DNA from: Octopus bimaculoides
Lineage: Eukaryota
DNA length: 43,324 bases
Reading direction: 5' to 3'
Assembly: GCF_001194135.2 (NCBI RefSeq)
Contig: NC_069004.1
Coordinates: 34,140,338-34,183,661 of the forward strand
Position 1 is the stretch's first letter; every line of letters starts with the position of its first letter. The notes beneath the pieces were generated by a model. The model was not told where the DNA came from, ran no database searches, and worked only from the letters and a program-made list of their open reading frames with translations. Both the position numbers and the translations under genes were made by a program. Positions 1 to 11,524 of the stretch are shown in pieces.

Positions 1-110
1 CTCCACCCACACCATCACCTCCACCTCCACCGCCCCCACCACCATCATTAGCTGTCACCGCCACTACCACCCACCCTACCACCACCACTAACAGTAACAA
101 CCACAACATT
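1..110. repeat. Degenerate (CCA)n/(CCACTA) low-complexity tract
   Basis: Runs of ccaccac/ccactac read directly. Confidence 0.8.
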
Positions 111-499
111 AATTCTACAAGAACCACACGTTCTGCAGACTTTTGGCAATATGTTTACAACATTATACTTCCTCGAGGAACATTTGTTGCCAAAATATGA
201 TGTGACGACCATATCTCAAATAACAGAAAGAGAGAAAGAGAAAGATAGAGACAGAGAGAGACAGAGAGAGAGAAACTGGAGGGAGGGAGTGGTGGTGTGA
301 GTGGATAATGGTTCAAGGAACGCTCAATGAAGTCTCCAGATGGCAAGAATTTAGCAGAAATTTGGTGTTCAAGAGTTGATCACGTCAGCAGGAAATAGGA
401 TTAATATGATGAGCCGGTGTCAGCTCTACGCTTGTGAAATCAATAAGCATCGCCGGGACGGATGAGGGGTTTGTGGGCGTGTGTATATTAGGATGTACA

Positions 500-1015
500 T
501 GAATATTTATGTGGACATGAACGTGTGCACTATATGCATATACGTATAGGTACGAATGCGTGTGTATCTGTCTGTAGATGTATGTATACCGATATAAACC
601 ACATATACATATAGATCTATAGGTATGCTTCTGTGTGTGTGTGTGTGTGTATGTGTACATGTACACACATTCATACGCGCACATATATATATGCATACAT
701 AGAAACTCAAGTAGAGATATGGTTTTACATATACACATAGAACCGTACACACACACACACATACACAAACATGTATATATGTATATATACGTGTATGTGT
801 ACCTCTATATTTAAGAATATTTATTTTAATATATTCGCATACCTGTATAGGTTATTGGTATGTGTGCGTCACTCATTTTAATATACTGTACTTGAATATT
901 CCATTGCCAAGTATGTATTCGGCATGGATACATAGATGGACAAATATATATATACATATATATATATATGTGTGCCCAAACACACATACATATAAATATA
1001 TAATTATGAATAATA

Positions 1016-1064
<49 letters not shown>

Positions 1065-1135
1065 TATGTTTATTCATTTTACATACACACACACACACAT
1101 ATATATATACATATGTACACATTTTATATGTATAT
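500..1135. repeat. Compound (TG)/(TA)/(CA) microsatellite region
   Basis: Pure and interrupted dinucleotide runs; source of the [12 protein letters not shown] ORFs here. Confidence 0.9.
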
Positions 1136-1650
1136 CTCAAAAGTGAGTTAGGAAGTGAGAGAGAAGAGCAACGAACAACTCATTACTCATACACCGCAAT
1201 CACGTATTTCATAAACACTCAACTACCTACATACCGACCTAGCTGTCTCTCTGTCCGCCTCTCTTTCCCCCTCTCCCTATCTACCTACGTACTTACCTAC
1301 GTACCTATCTATCTATCTATCCTTATCTTTCCAACTATCCATCTGTCTGTCTCTCTCTCTGTCTCTTTCTCTCTCTGTATCTATATATTCGTGTGCGCGC
1401 GTGTGTGTATGTGCATCCATGTGTAACAGAGCAAGCAATATAAACATGTTCCATTGAAACATGGCGACAACTTCAACTGCGTCTAGAACCAACTCATCGG
1501 ACATTTCTCTACAGAAACTGTCACCTGTTCAGGATTAACCCTGTGGTGACACATGACACGAAGAAGAACAACAACAAAACACACACACACACACACAGAC
1601 ACAGAGGTTCATACATAACAGAATTAGCTACCTCGAAAGAAGGTGCAGTA

Positions 1651-1906
1651 GATGCGGCTGAGTGGTACGAGATTTGCTTCCCAATCAAATGGTTCTGTGT
1701 TCAGCCCCAATGCACGGCACCCCTTCTACTGTCTCCTCAGATCAGCTAGAGCCTTGTGAGTGAATTTGGTAGACGAAAACTGAAAAGAAGCCCGTGGTAT
1801 ATGTATATATATGTATATGTATATATGTATATGTATATATATATATGTATATGTATATATGTATATGTATATATATATATGTATATGTATATATATGTAT
1901 ATATAT

Positions 1907-1952
<46 letters not shown>

Positions 1953-2135
1953 GTATATATATATGTGCGTGTGTGTGTCCTTTTGTTTGTGCTTATCACC
2001 AATCACTGCTTGACAACCGGTGTAGGTGTGTTTATGACCCCGTAACATGGGGGTTAGCAGACTTTTAAATGAAGTACTAAGGGCGATACATTCGACTAAA
2101 AATTCTTCAAGGCAGTGCTCCAGCAAGGCCGCGGT
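1651..2135 (+). mobile_element. SINE family A, degenerate full-length copy with ~170 bp internal (TATATG)n
   Basis: Matches copy at 17785-18163: gagccttgtgagtgaatttggtagacgaaaactgaaaagaagcccgt, then microsatellite, then ttgacaaccggtgtaggtgtgtttatgaccccgtaac...gtgctccagcaaggccgc. Confidence 0.8.
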
Positions 2136-2151
2136 ATAAGGGCCAAAACAC

Positions 2152-2890
2152 ATATGCTTTGACTGTTTTCCGGTGGCTGCAATGGCGTAGCAGAGTATAT
2201 AACGCTCATATCGCTAGTGTTAAAACACTTTGGAGCCATGGACAGGCGAGATAACTCACGTTCAATCCCATTTAGGAGTGATGGACATCGGTTCTTCGCT
2301 ATTTTTGTGGCTTCAACACCACTTATCCGCCTGGGCTGAAGACGAGTCAGCTAGCCAGTCCAATGGCCTATATGTTCATGGCTTGTAAAATCATGAGCAG
2401 TACACCCGGAAATTGTAGACCTAAGAGAAAATTTCTGGTACACCCAGAAATTGCAGACCTAAGAGAAAATTGACATATTACGTAAAAACAGCTCAAGTGT
2501 AATAGTGTTATATACATATACTAATGAATATTCTTTGTGTATTTTCTGGTGGCTGCAATGGCGTAGCGGAGTATATAGCTCCCATGTCACCGAGGCGGGT
2601 AGGTGGGGTTGATAAGCCACAAAAATAGCGACATATCGATGTCCATCACTCCTAAATGGGATTCAGCGTGAGTTATCCCGCCTGTCCATGACTCTAAGGT
2701 TTTTTTTAACGCCGGCGATACGAGAGTTATAACTCCACTACGCCATTGCAGCCACCGGAAAACACACAAAGCATATATATTAGCATATACATACATTAGC
2801 ATATACATACATTAGCATATACATACATTAGCATATACATACATTAGCATTATCATTAGCATTAGTATGAGCATTTAACAATATTTATTA
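2152..2890. repeat. Three copies of an unclassified repeat: direct copies at ~2152-2335 and ~2500-2585, inverted copy at ~2587-2890
   Basis: ttttccggtggctgcaatggcgtag at 2166 and (one mismatch) 2542, reverse complement ending ~2762. The 2152-2335 and 2590-2777 copies align at roughly 85% by eye. Internal 31-bp duplication at 2401-2431/2439-2469 and (ATTAGCATATACATAC)x4 at ~2779-2850. Confidence 0.85.
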
Positions 2891-2916
2891 TACTGGAGGT
2901 GTGTTTACTTCATATG

Positions 2917-2960
<44 letters not shown>

Positions 2961-2969
2961 TAGATAGAT

Positions 2970-3312
2970 AGTAGTTGGCTGCGTTTCGTGTTTCCGAGCT
3001 TGCAATCCAGTTCATTTTCCTGGGTGTTTGAACCGTAGATGGCACCGCAATCCAAGGGTTGCATGAAACATACGGGGACATTGTGGACATGGGATAGAAG
3101 GGGTTGGTTTGGGAAGGAGAAGGCGCTGCTTTCTCTCCCGTCTCTTGAGTTCAGCTCCTGCGACTCGGGCTTTCTCGAAATCCGCTGAACCCGTTTTGAT
3201 GGTGTGTCCTTGTACCGCCTGAAGGGGGCTCCACGAGGAGGTTTTCCTTCAGACAGTTCACCGTAGAGACAGATCTTGGGAAGGCGGTGTTCATTCATCT
3301 GACGGACGAATG
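2970..3312 (-). mobile_element. RTE-clade LINE, 3' fragment (ORF C-terminus and 3' end), decayed
   Basis: Minus-strand MNEHRLPKICLYGELSEGKPPRGAPFRRYKDT fits the RTE RLPK..LYGEL..GKR..G....RYKD pattern. A frameshifted terminal PCPQCPRMFHATLGLRCHLRFKHPGK* (3012-3092) follows, then a short UTR running into (TATC)/(TA)n. Confidence 0.85.
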
Positions 3313-3364
3313 CAAACGAAGTGTAAGAATAGTTTTAAGAGACGCATAATAGGTAATCAAAACG

Positions 3365-3600
3365 CGATTACACCTTTTGGTTTCGATTCCTTTGAGCAAA
3401 ACACCTCACTTCATGTTCCTCAGCTCAAAATTGGTTACCCTGTGATAAACCGGCGTCCCTTTCGATGGAAAGGTCGTGATTTAGGTCACTTTTACGCCAC
3501 AGGCCTGCCGACCTGACCGGCGCCGTGGCATCGTTTGAATGATACAGCGGTAAAAAGAAGCGCATAGTGATTAGCGTAGTGTTACAACATTTCGTCGCTA
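3365..3600 (+). mobile_element. SINE family D, degenerate copy
   Basis: B-box-like ggtttcgattcc, ctttgagcaaaacac core, and tail gcatcgtttgaa...agcgcatagtgattagcg...acaacat shared with 16315-16575. Confidence 0.6.
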
Positions 3601-3936
3601 TAGGGATACATGATGTATATGACAAATGTGAGAAAAGCGAAAATGGAACTCATGAGATTCTTTGTTAGTCGCAACGATCGATTCGACCCAACGTTAATGG
3701 GTCCCACATGAGTGAGATAACGTACAGCAGGTTGTGGTGTATCCTTCGGTGCAGATGTGTCTCGCCGGGGGATTTTTCAAAAGGCCCCCTCGCTCCATAA
3801 ACTCGGTTCCACTTGGTTCAATTGTAATGCATTTCGTTATTTGCCTGTAGCTGGTTGCATCCGGGGTTCCCTCGTTTAGAATGTATACCCAAGTGTAAAA
3901 TAATTACACGATGTACTTGTGCCTGTTTGCACCGTG

Positions 3937-4248
3937 ATGCGTAGGATATTCGGCTCACGAATGTAAGATCATGAGTTCGATTCCCGGCGATGCGTTGTGT
4001 CCTTGAGCAAGACACTTTATTTCACGTTGCTCCAGTCCACTCCGCTGGCAAAAATGAGTTGTACCAGTAATTCAAAGGGGCCAGCCTTGTCACATACCGC
4101 GTCATGCTGAATATTCCTGAGAACTCTGCTACGGGTACACGTGACTGTGGAGTACTCAGCCACTTGCACGTTATATTCACGAAGAAGCCGTTTCGTTGAT
4201 CGGATCAACTGGAACTCTCGTTGTCGTCGTCGTAACCGACGGAGATCC
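3937..4248 (+). mobile_element. SINE family C (tRNA-derived head, CORE-like central motif)
   Basis: B box gagttcgattccc at 3973-3985, then tgtgtccttgagcaagacactttatttcacgttgctccag (resembles the CORE-SINE ccttgggcaag motif), ending gtcgtcgtaaccgacggag. Confidence 0.7.
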
Positions 4249-4669
4249 TGTTCTCCTGTATCTGAGTCTATAGATGTGCAAGAACTCAGCATGGTTAACT
4301 AAGTCAATAAGAGATTCGCTTCATAAGCACACGGTCCAACGTGACTTTTGCTAATGCCTATCGGTTAATCAAAACCTTCTGACAGGAACGTGGGCAAATG
4401 GAAATTGTTCGGAAGCACGCCAGACTTTGTTCACCCGTAATTCAAAAGTCTAGAGATGCCATATTATGAAAGGCGTGATCGGAATACTCAGTCATTTACA
4501 CGCTAGTTCAATATATATTTAGTTCAGTTAATTTAACAACTGTAAACTCATCGCCGACTGCAACTGAGATCCGTTACTTTTATATTTATAAATAAATATA
4601 CAATTCTGAATTTAGTCATGGGTTTGTGCACTAAGAGAAAAAAACACATCTATCAAATACCCATGTGAG

Positions 4670-4681
4670 TATTATATATAA

Positions 4682-4743
<62 letters not shown>

Positions 4744-4970
4744 TGCACGCACATGGGGTATTTACATTAATGTTTGAATTATTTCATTTATACTTTCAAT
4801 GGTATATTGGTATATGTATACGCACACATACATAGATACATAGCTACATGCATACATTTATATATACGCAATGAATATATAGACATGTATATATAATTAT
4901 ATATATGTGTGACTATTTACGAATAGACATACATATACATACGCAAACTTACAAATATATGTAAATATAT

Positions 4971-5007
<37 letters not shown>

Positions 5008-5273
5008 NNNNNNNNNNNNNNNNNNNNNNNNNNNNNNNNNNNNNNNNNNNNNNNNNNNNNNNNNNNNNNNNNNNNNNNNNNNNNNNNNNNNNNNNNNNNN
5101 NNNNNNNNNNNNNNNNNNNNNNNNNNNNNNNNNNNNNNNNNNNNNNNNNNNNNNNNNNNNNNNNNNNNNNNNNNNNNNNNNNNNNNNNNNNNNNNNNNNN
5201 NNNNNNNNNNNNNNNNNNNNNNNNNNNNNNNNNNNNNNNNNNNNNNNNNNNNNNNNNNNNNNNNNNNNNTCTC

Positions 5274-5310
<37 letters not shown>

Positions 5311-5350
5311 TATGTGTGTGTGTGTGTGTATATTGTGTGTGTGTGTGTGC
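4670..5350. repeat. (TA)n/(TG)n microsatellites flanking an N gap (5008-5269)
   Basis: Read directly. Confidence 0.9.
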
Positions 5351-5798
5351 AAGGGTACGAATGTTGATGAATATGTAACGCTTGAATAACGGTTTGATGT
5401 ATTTCCCGAACGGGAAAGGAAGCTATCTCTTCATTTCGCAACGACTTTCTCTCTCTCGATACAAACTTCCATAAACATACATATAATTATAACACTCACA
5501 CACACACACACACACACATAGAAACAATCGCAAGCACACACACACGCAAGTTATAACCGCCATATATGCAAGTAGGGGTGTATGTGTGTGTGTGTGTGCG
5601 TGCGTTTCTGTGCTTGTCTGTGTGCTTGTTTATATGTATGTGGTTGGCTGTGCATATAGAAACATCTGGATCAATAAACCTGGATTTAGCCATATCGATG
5701 GATTAAAAGTTTCTCTCTCTGTCTGTCTGTCCGTCCGTCCGTCCGTCCATCCATCTATCTATGCATATATATATTAAGTCCGGTTAATCTCTCTCTCT

Positions 5799-5838
<40 letters not shown>

Positions 5839-5844
5839 TTTATA

Positions 5845-5945
5845 TAAAGCCTGGTACTTACTAGATCGGATCTTATGTCGACCCGCTAGGTTACGGGGAC
5901 GGAATGGCACATTAGCGGTTGTGAAGCGTGGTAGTAGAATACAAA
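5845..5945 (-). mobile_element. SINE family A, 3' half
   Basis: aagcctggtacttac...ccgctaggttacggggacg...gcggttgtgaagcg matches the reverse complement of the family A tail. Confidence 0.6.
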
Positions 5946-6099
5946 GAGGGGTAGGAGGAGGTTTAATTTTCTGTAATAGGTTTAAGGATTTGATAGTTTT
6001 AAAGAATCATGCATGTAAAGGATTAAGGATATATAAAATGTTTATGGATATGGAAATCGATACGAAAATATATAAGGAGGTAAATAGACAGACAGCTAA

Positions 6100-6280
6100 G
6101 CAGATCGATAAATAGATGAATAGATATAGATAGACAGATAGATCCATCGATCCGTATCAATAGATAGATAAATAGAAAGACAGATAAGATAGATACCTAG
6201 ATAGATAGATGGATAGTTAGATAGATGGATGGATATAGATACAGACATACAGATAGACACAGATAGATAGATAGATAGTG
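6100..6280. repeat. (TAGA/GATA)n tetranucleotide tract
   Basis: Read directly. Confidence 0.9.
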
Positions 6281-6309
6281 ATCTTACTCTATACGTGGCG
6301 TGTGACCCG

Positions 6310-6620
6310 CAGAGAGCCCTGTTGCACCGCCAATATCTACTTCTAGTACAAAAACACATCCACCTCCCAATGGGGTCTAGACTCCGTAAGATCCTGGATA
6401 TTCTTACCTTGCATAACCTGGAATGGAAGGCCCTCTATACAAGACGGCTTTGTCTTAACCCGTTTCAGGGACTAGGCTACTAGAATCCATCTCTTCAACA
6501 GCTTCTACCACAACATCCAGTTCGACATTGAAAACCCGTTAAGCCTCTTGGATTTCAACGTCTTCTTTGCCTCGAAGCATTGCAGCAATCCGATTCTTTG
6601 AGACAGAAGCAAAGAAAGAT
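6310..6620 (+). mobile_element. Penelope-like element reverse transcriptase fragment, decayed
   Basis: VQKHIHLPMGSRLRKILDILTLHNLEWKAL fits the PLE Q..G..MGS.LS..LA...M..LE motif. After a frameshift, DGFVL...HLFNSFYHNIQFDIENPLSLLDF fits (YVD)DIF...LNS.H..I.FT.E...L.FLD. The YVDD motif itself is mostly lost. Confidence 0.7.
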
Positions 6621-6997
6621 GTCTCCCTCCCCTTGTCGTGGCCTTTAACGATCTCAACTGTCACCTGGGTGGGTGTGTAGGATATTGGCACATCTCAGCT
6701 TAGCACGGAAGGATTTTACTAAGATGCTGTGTTTAAGTGAAAACGCGTCACATTTCATGGAGAAAGTGTGAGACTAGCTTGGCACACAAACACGAGCGTG
6801 CCGCGAGAGGACTGTCTGTGGAGCCCACAGCGGCGAGAACCGATGTCGCAGCTTGTGTCACAGCCCGCTGTGTCGGCTGCTATCGGAACCTGGCACCGTA
6901 CAGACACGAAGTGGCAGAACTTGCGAAGACGTAAACACACAATCACTAGTTGTCAAGCGAAGATATGGAACACACACACACACACCCACACACACGC

Positions 6998-7135
6998 ATA
7001 TTCGACAGGTTTGTTACCGTTCCTCAAGTTCTCTTTGGTCAGCCTGAGATTCTAGTAGGACACACTTGTCCAAGGTCCCACGTTATGGGACTGAACTCGG
7101 AACCATGTGATTGAGAAGGAAACTTCTTACCACAA
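6998..7135 (-). mobile_element. SINE family A, 5' half
   Basis: cacttgtccaagg...gggactgaactcggaaccatgtgattgagaaggaaacttcttaccac is the reverse complement of the family A head. Confidence 0.75.
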
Positions 7136-7139
7136 CTAT

Positions 7140-7347
7140 TTATGCAAATATATCGTTATGTATGTTTGAATATATAAATATGTATATATAAGTGTATATA
7201 TATATATATATATATATNNNNNNNNNNNNNNNNNNNNNNNNNNNNNNNNNNNNNNNNNNNNNNNNNNNATATATATGTATATATACATACACACACGTAC
7301 ACACATATATCTATATATAGAACATATATATATATATCTATATACAG

Positions 7348-7410
<63 letters not shown>

Positions 7411-7586
7411 CAGTGAGAGAGAGGGGGAGATCGATGTTTGGGTATATCTATGTTCACTCGTGCATGAACTACCGATATACAATCATAGGAATTTGCCAAT
7501 CACCAAGATACAAACACTTGAATACACAAAACAACATATTTTTATATGAATTTTAAACCACTTGAGTGCTTAATCTCGCCATCCTT

Positions 7587-7665
<79 letters not shown>
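7140..7665. repeat. (TA)n/(CA)n around gap 7218-7268, and (CT)n tract 7585-7665
   Basis: Read directly. Confidence 0.9.
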
Positions 7666-7667
<2 letters not shown>

Positions 7668-8046
7668 ACATCAGAAATATACAAATTTGCATAAATATAA
7701 AAATGAGAAGGAAATTATTTAACAGTTATTCGTAAGCTGGTTAAAAATTGATGAAAAATATATATATATCTATGTTTTCGAAAGCTCCAAAAATACGTAA
7801 ATATTTTCAAATATTAAATTTGTATAATTGCGTGCTTTGGTTGCGTGATCAGAAATAATGATTGAAAAGATGTTGAATTTGAAGAACAATAGAATAAAGG
7901 AACAAAGGAACATGGGAACACACATTTGGCATTACCAAAAAAAAAAATGTAGATATGGTTTTGCAAACATGCATATCTTAGTGTGCATTCATTTGGGAGC
8001 TCGTATAGAGAATGAGGGATACAACTCTACTGAGCGGCACATAGAT

Positions 8047-8089
<43 letters not shown>

Positions 8090-8409
8090 AATGCAGCAAT
8101 ATGTAGTACTCATGCATGTATCCATGATATGCTTGCATTTACATGTGACTAAACACACACACATATATATATATATATACAATTATATACATATATGTAT
8201 ACACACACACAAACACAGACATATATATATATATACACACACACACATTCATACATATATATAATTCACACAAAAACACAAGCTTAAACGATAGTGTGCT
8301 CAGACAATTTATATGCATTCACATATACACATATGTAACACACACGCACACACATACACATACAGTCAGATACAGACACTCACGCACACCTAAACACTTA
8401 AATTAATTT

Positions 8410-9005
8410 CTGCCGACTGGACAAGAAGAGATAACTTACGGTTGTCATTCACTAAAGAACATCCTTTAATAAGTTTTAACTAAACATCTCATGGATGTCA
8501 GTGAAAAAGAGAGCATCTATGCTGAGCTATTGAGAAATCTGCAGTTACTCTATGCAGATTATAATTTCAGGTTTATACCTGTAATTATTGGGGCCCTGAT
8601 ATATGAAACACGCTGCCTAAATACCATTCTGGCGAAATTAGGCTTCTCAAAACCAGAAAGGAGAAAGTTAATTTGAAGACTACAGATCCAATCCATCACT
8701 GGAACTGTAAAAATCTGTAAAACTTTCCAGAAGTTTATCATTTAAATATATACGAGCATGCCTAGATATGCAACTATATGCATGCGGATACATACATAAA
8801 ACAAGATATACAAATCTGTACATATACATACATACATACATACATACCTATATACATACATACATGCGTATATACATACATACATACATATATGCGTACA
8901 TACAAAAATACCCTGTTGCTGATGTTGAAATTTCAGTAAAGGAACTTTGGATCTAGGATAGAAACTGACTCTTTCTCTATTGGCAAGAAATCTTCAAATA
9001 AACTG
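8410..9005 (+). mobile_element. RLE-type (R4/Dong-like) non-LTR retrotransposon, 3' fragment, lineage 1
   Basis: EKESIYAELLRNLQLLYADYNFRFIPVIIGALIYETRCLNTILAKLGFSKPERRKLI*RLQIQSITGTVKICKTFQKFII* shows the RLE C-terminal IP(I/V)(I/V)IGALG...LQ..S..GT.KI pattern. A (TACA)n-containing region follows; the 3' boundary is approximate. Confidence 0.75.
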
Positions 9006-9040
9006 AATGACATCTCGATATACACATATATGTATGTATG

Positions 9041-9079
<39 letters not shown>

Positions 9080-9100
9080 ATATGTATGCATGTATTTTGT

Positions 9101-9521
9101 TCTTTTATTTGTTTCAGTCATTTGACTGCGGCCACGCTGGAGCACCGCCTTTAGTCGAACAAATCAACTCCAGGACTTATTCGTTGTAAGCCTAGTACAT
9201 ATTCTATCGGTCTCGTTTGCAGAACCGATAAGTTACAGGGACGTAAACACACCAACATCGGTTGTCAAGTGATGGTGGGAGGACNNNNNNNNNNTGAATG
9301 ACATCTCGATATACACATATATGTATGTATGTATATATATATATATATGTGTGTGTGTGTATATATACGACGAGCTTCCAGTTTCCGTCTACCAAGTCCG
9401 TTCACGAGGCTTTGGCTAGTGAGAGGCTATATTAGAAGACGCTTGCCCAAAGTGCCATGCAGTGGGACTGAACCGGGAACGATGTGATTGGGAAGCTGGC
9501 TTCTTACCACACAGCCACGCC
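9101..9521 (-). mobile_element. SINE family A, full-length, with a 10-N gap in the internal microsatellite
   Basis: Tail tcttttatttgtttcagtcatttgactgcggcc... and head ...gggactgaaccgggaac...ttcttaccacacagccacgcc. Confidence 0.85.
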
Positions 9522-10240
9522 TGATATATATACACACATGTATACATATATATATTATATATAAAGTACGCGCGTGTGCATGTGTGTGTGTGTAGAAAGT
9601 AAAAATGGAAGGATAAAAAGATAGAAAGTCTGGGAAGAGGACAGATGGCTTGAGGGGGCGTGAGAGGATCGAACGCTTCGATGATTTACGTATGGAAGCC
9701 CAGAAGCATAATAAGATAATAACTCACCGCGCGAGAATAATAACTCTCCTAAATTTATTTTATGGAATTGAAATTGCGAATATTTAGTTTTAAAAATAAA
9801 TTCCTTGTCATTTTAACCTTCTCAGATATTCTAATTAGTAAAAAGCTCATTAGCAGTGTGATTTGCATATATTTAGTCGAATTAACCAAGTTGTATGTTG
9901 AATAATTAAACAATGAATAGAAAAAAAACCCAAAAAACTTTGAAACTATTTCAGCAAGAATTTCACAACAATCGATGTCTTTTGTCTGCGAGATTACATT
10001 AAAAAAAAAAATTTACCTGAGAAAAAAAAAAACAAATAAAAACATGAAAATTATATATGAAAGGAACAACGATAAAATTCGACGAATTTTTTTTGTTTAG
10101 CTTCTTACGTGTGTATCGACACTTTAATCATCACCATCATCATCATGATCACCCTATCATCATCATCATCATCATCATTAGTAGTAGTTGTAGAAAGGAT
10201 TATTATTATTTGTTGTTGTTGTTATTGTTATTATTATTAA

Positions 10241-10395
10241 GGCGGCGAGGTGTTCTGAGTTCAAATTTCTCCGAAGTTGACTTTGCCTTTCATCCTTTCG
10301 GGGTCGATAAATTAAGTACCAGTAAAATACTGGTGTCGATGTAATCTATCCCTCTCCCCCAAATGCCATGCCTTGTGCCTATAGCAGAAACGATT
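10241..10395 (+). mobile_element. SINE family B, solitary copy with internal 5' deletion
   Basis: ggcggcgag joined to gttctgagttcaaatt...gactttgccttcatcctttcggggtcgataaattaagtaccag...gccttgtgcctatagcagaaa; preceded by (TTA)n. Confidence 0.85.
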
Positions 10396-10414
10396 AATAT
10401 TATCGTCATAATCA

Positions 10415-10715
10415 TCGTTATTTAATGAAAACTATCAACTTATTTTGCTGGATATGATGGAAAGTGTCAGGTGCCCACAGCCAACAGACCAAGGTGACCC
10501 TTGTTTACTGGTCACGCTTCAAGAACCCTGCAGACAACTCATGCAGTTCCAAGCAATGATGATTTTTGTAGGTGTTCTATCTTTCGATCTGCTCCAATCT
10601 TTTTCAGCCATGTTGGTAGCTGAGTGCTGATGCTTCCATGTGCGCCAATCACTATTGGTATCATGTCTACTCTCTTCATTGCTCACAACCTTCGTATTTC
10701 CCATTCTAGTTCATT
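10415..10715 (-). mobile_element. R4/Dong-clade RLE non-LTR retrotransposon, 3' fragment, lineage 2
   Basis: Minus strand reads ELEWEIRRL*AMKRVDMIPIVIGAHGSISTQLPTWLKKIGADRKIEHLQKSSLLGTA*VVCRVLEA* (ends 10512), the typical R4/Dong C-terminus. This frame is not in the ORF track. Confidence 0.85.
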
Positions 10716-10782
10716 CCTTCTTTATTCTCTTCGATCCTGTAGTCACCGGCTGGCCTTCTACTCCTTATTTCGAGCAATAGGT

Positions 10783-10820
10783 GGTGCACCAGCATGACCG
10801 CAGCCACTTGACTGAAACAC

Positions 10821-10825
<5 letters not shown>
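10783..10825 (+). mobile_element. SINE family A, 3'-terminal fragment
   Basis: ggtggtgcaccagcatgaccgcagccacttgactgaaacacataaa versus family tail ggcggtgctccagcatggccgcagtcaaatgactgaaacaaataaa. Confidence 0.6.
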
Positions 10826-10855
<30 letters not shown>

Positions 10856-11214
10856 AAGAAGAAGAAAAAGGAGTTACAGCAACATTACGATTGTACTCTT
10901 CATACTCTTAATTAATCGACTTTACCGTTTTAGCTACCGAAGCACGGTAGTCTTGTTATAAACCTCTACCCTGTCTTCGAAAATGACAATGTGAAGATAC
11001 TATTTAGAGCTATAGAGCCTAGACAGACCAATAGTTATTAAATTATAGGACTGACATCGCTTTGTGTGACAAACATGACAAACACTCTCGTTAATCGATA
11101 TAATGATATATGTTTTTATGTTGTGTAGACGTTAGTTGAAAAGCTAAAATATGATTTATTCTGACATCGCTGTTGAATTGAAAGAAATGTAACCGTCGTT
11201 TTAGTCAATATGAC

Positions 11215-11385
11215 TCCGGCCATGCTAGGGCAACGCCATGAATGGTTTTTGTCGAACCGATCAATTCCAGTATTTCATTAAAAAAAAATCTCTGGCGCTT
11301 ATTCGATTGGTCTACATTGCTGAAGCTAAGTCACGAGTGACGTAAACAAACCAACTCCGGTTGTGAAGCATGCACGCAAACACAC
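11215..11385 (-). mobile_element. SINE family A, degenerate 3' half
   Basis: gccatgctagggcaacgcc...gctaagtcacgagtgacgtaaacaaaccaactccggttgtgaagc. Confidence 0.6.
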
Positions 11386-11524
11386 ATACATGGAGTAAGT
11401 AGCTGTTGTTGTGGATTTTGCTATTTAGCCTCGCTTCATCCTCGATCGAGCAAACGTGATCAAAGGCTTTCCACCCACGACAATCTTGTCTCTCTAAGAT
11501 TACCTCAAAGCACAAATTATACAT

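Noticed and set aside
3767-3789. GC hairpin gggggatttttcaaaaggccccc as a Helitron 3' end
   Set aside because: No CTRR terminus at the expected distance and no other Helitron evidence.
9005-9362. Direct duplication of tgaatgacatctcgatatacacatatatg... at ~9005 and 9295
   Set aside because: The second copy starts exactly at a 10-N gap inside a SINE microsatellite; most likely a contig-join artefact rather than a TSD.
11051-11171. 11-bp direct repeat ctgacatcgct 110 bp apart
   Set aside because: The enclosed sequence has no element features, so it cannot be supported as a TSD.
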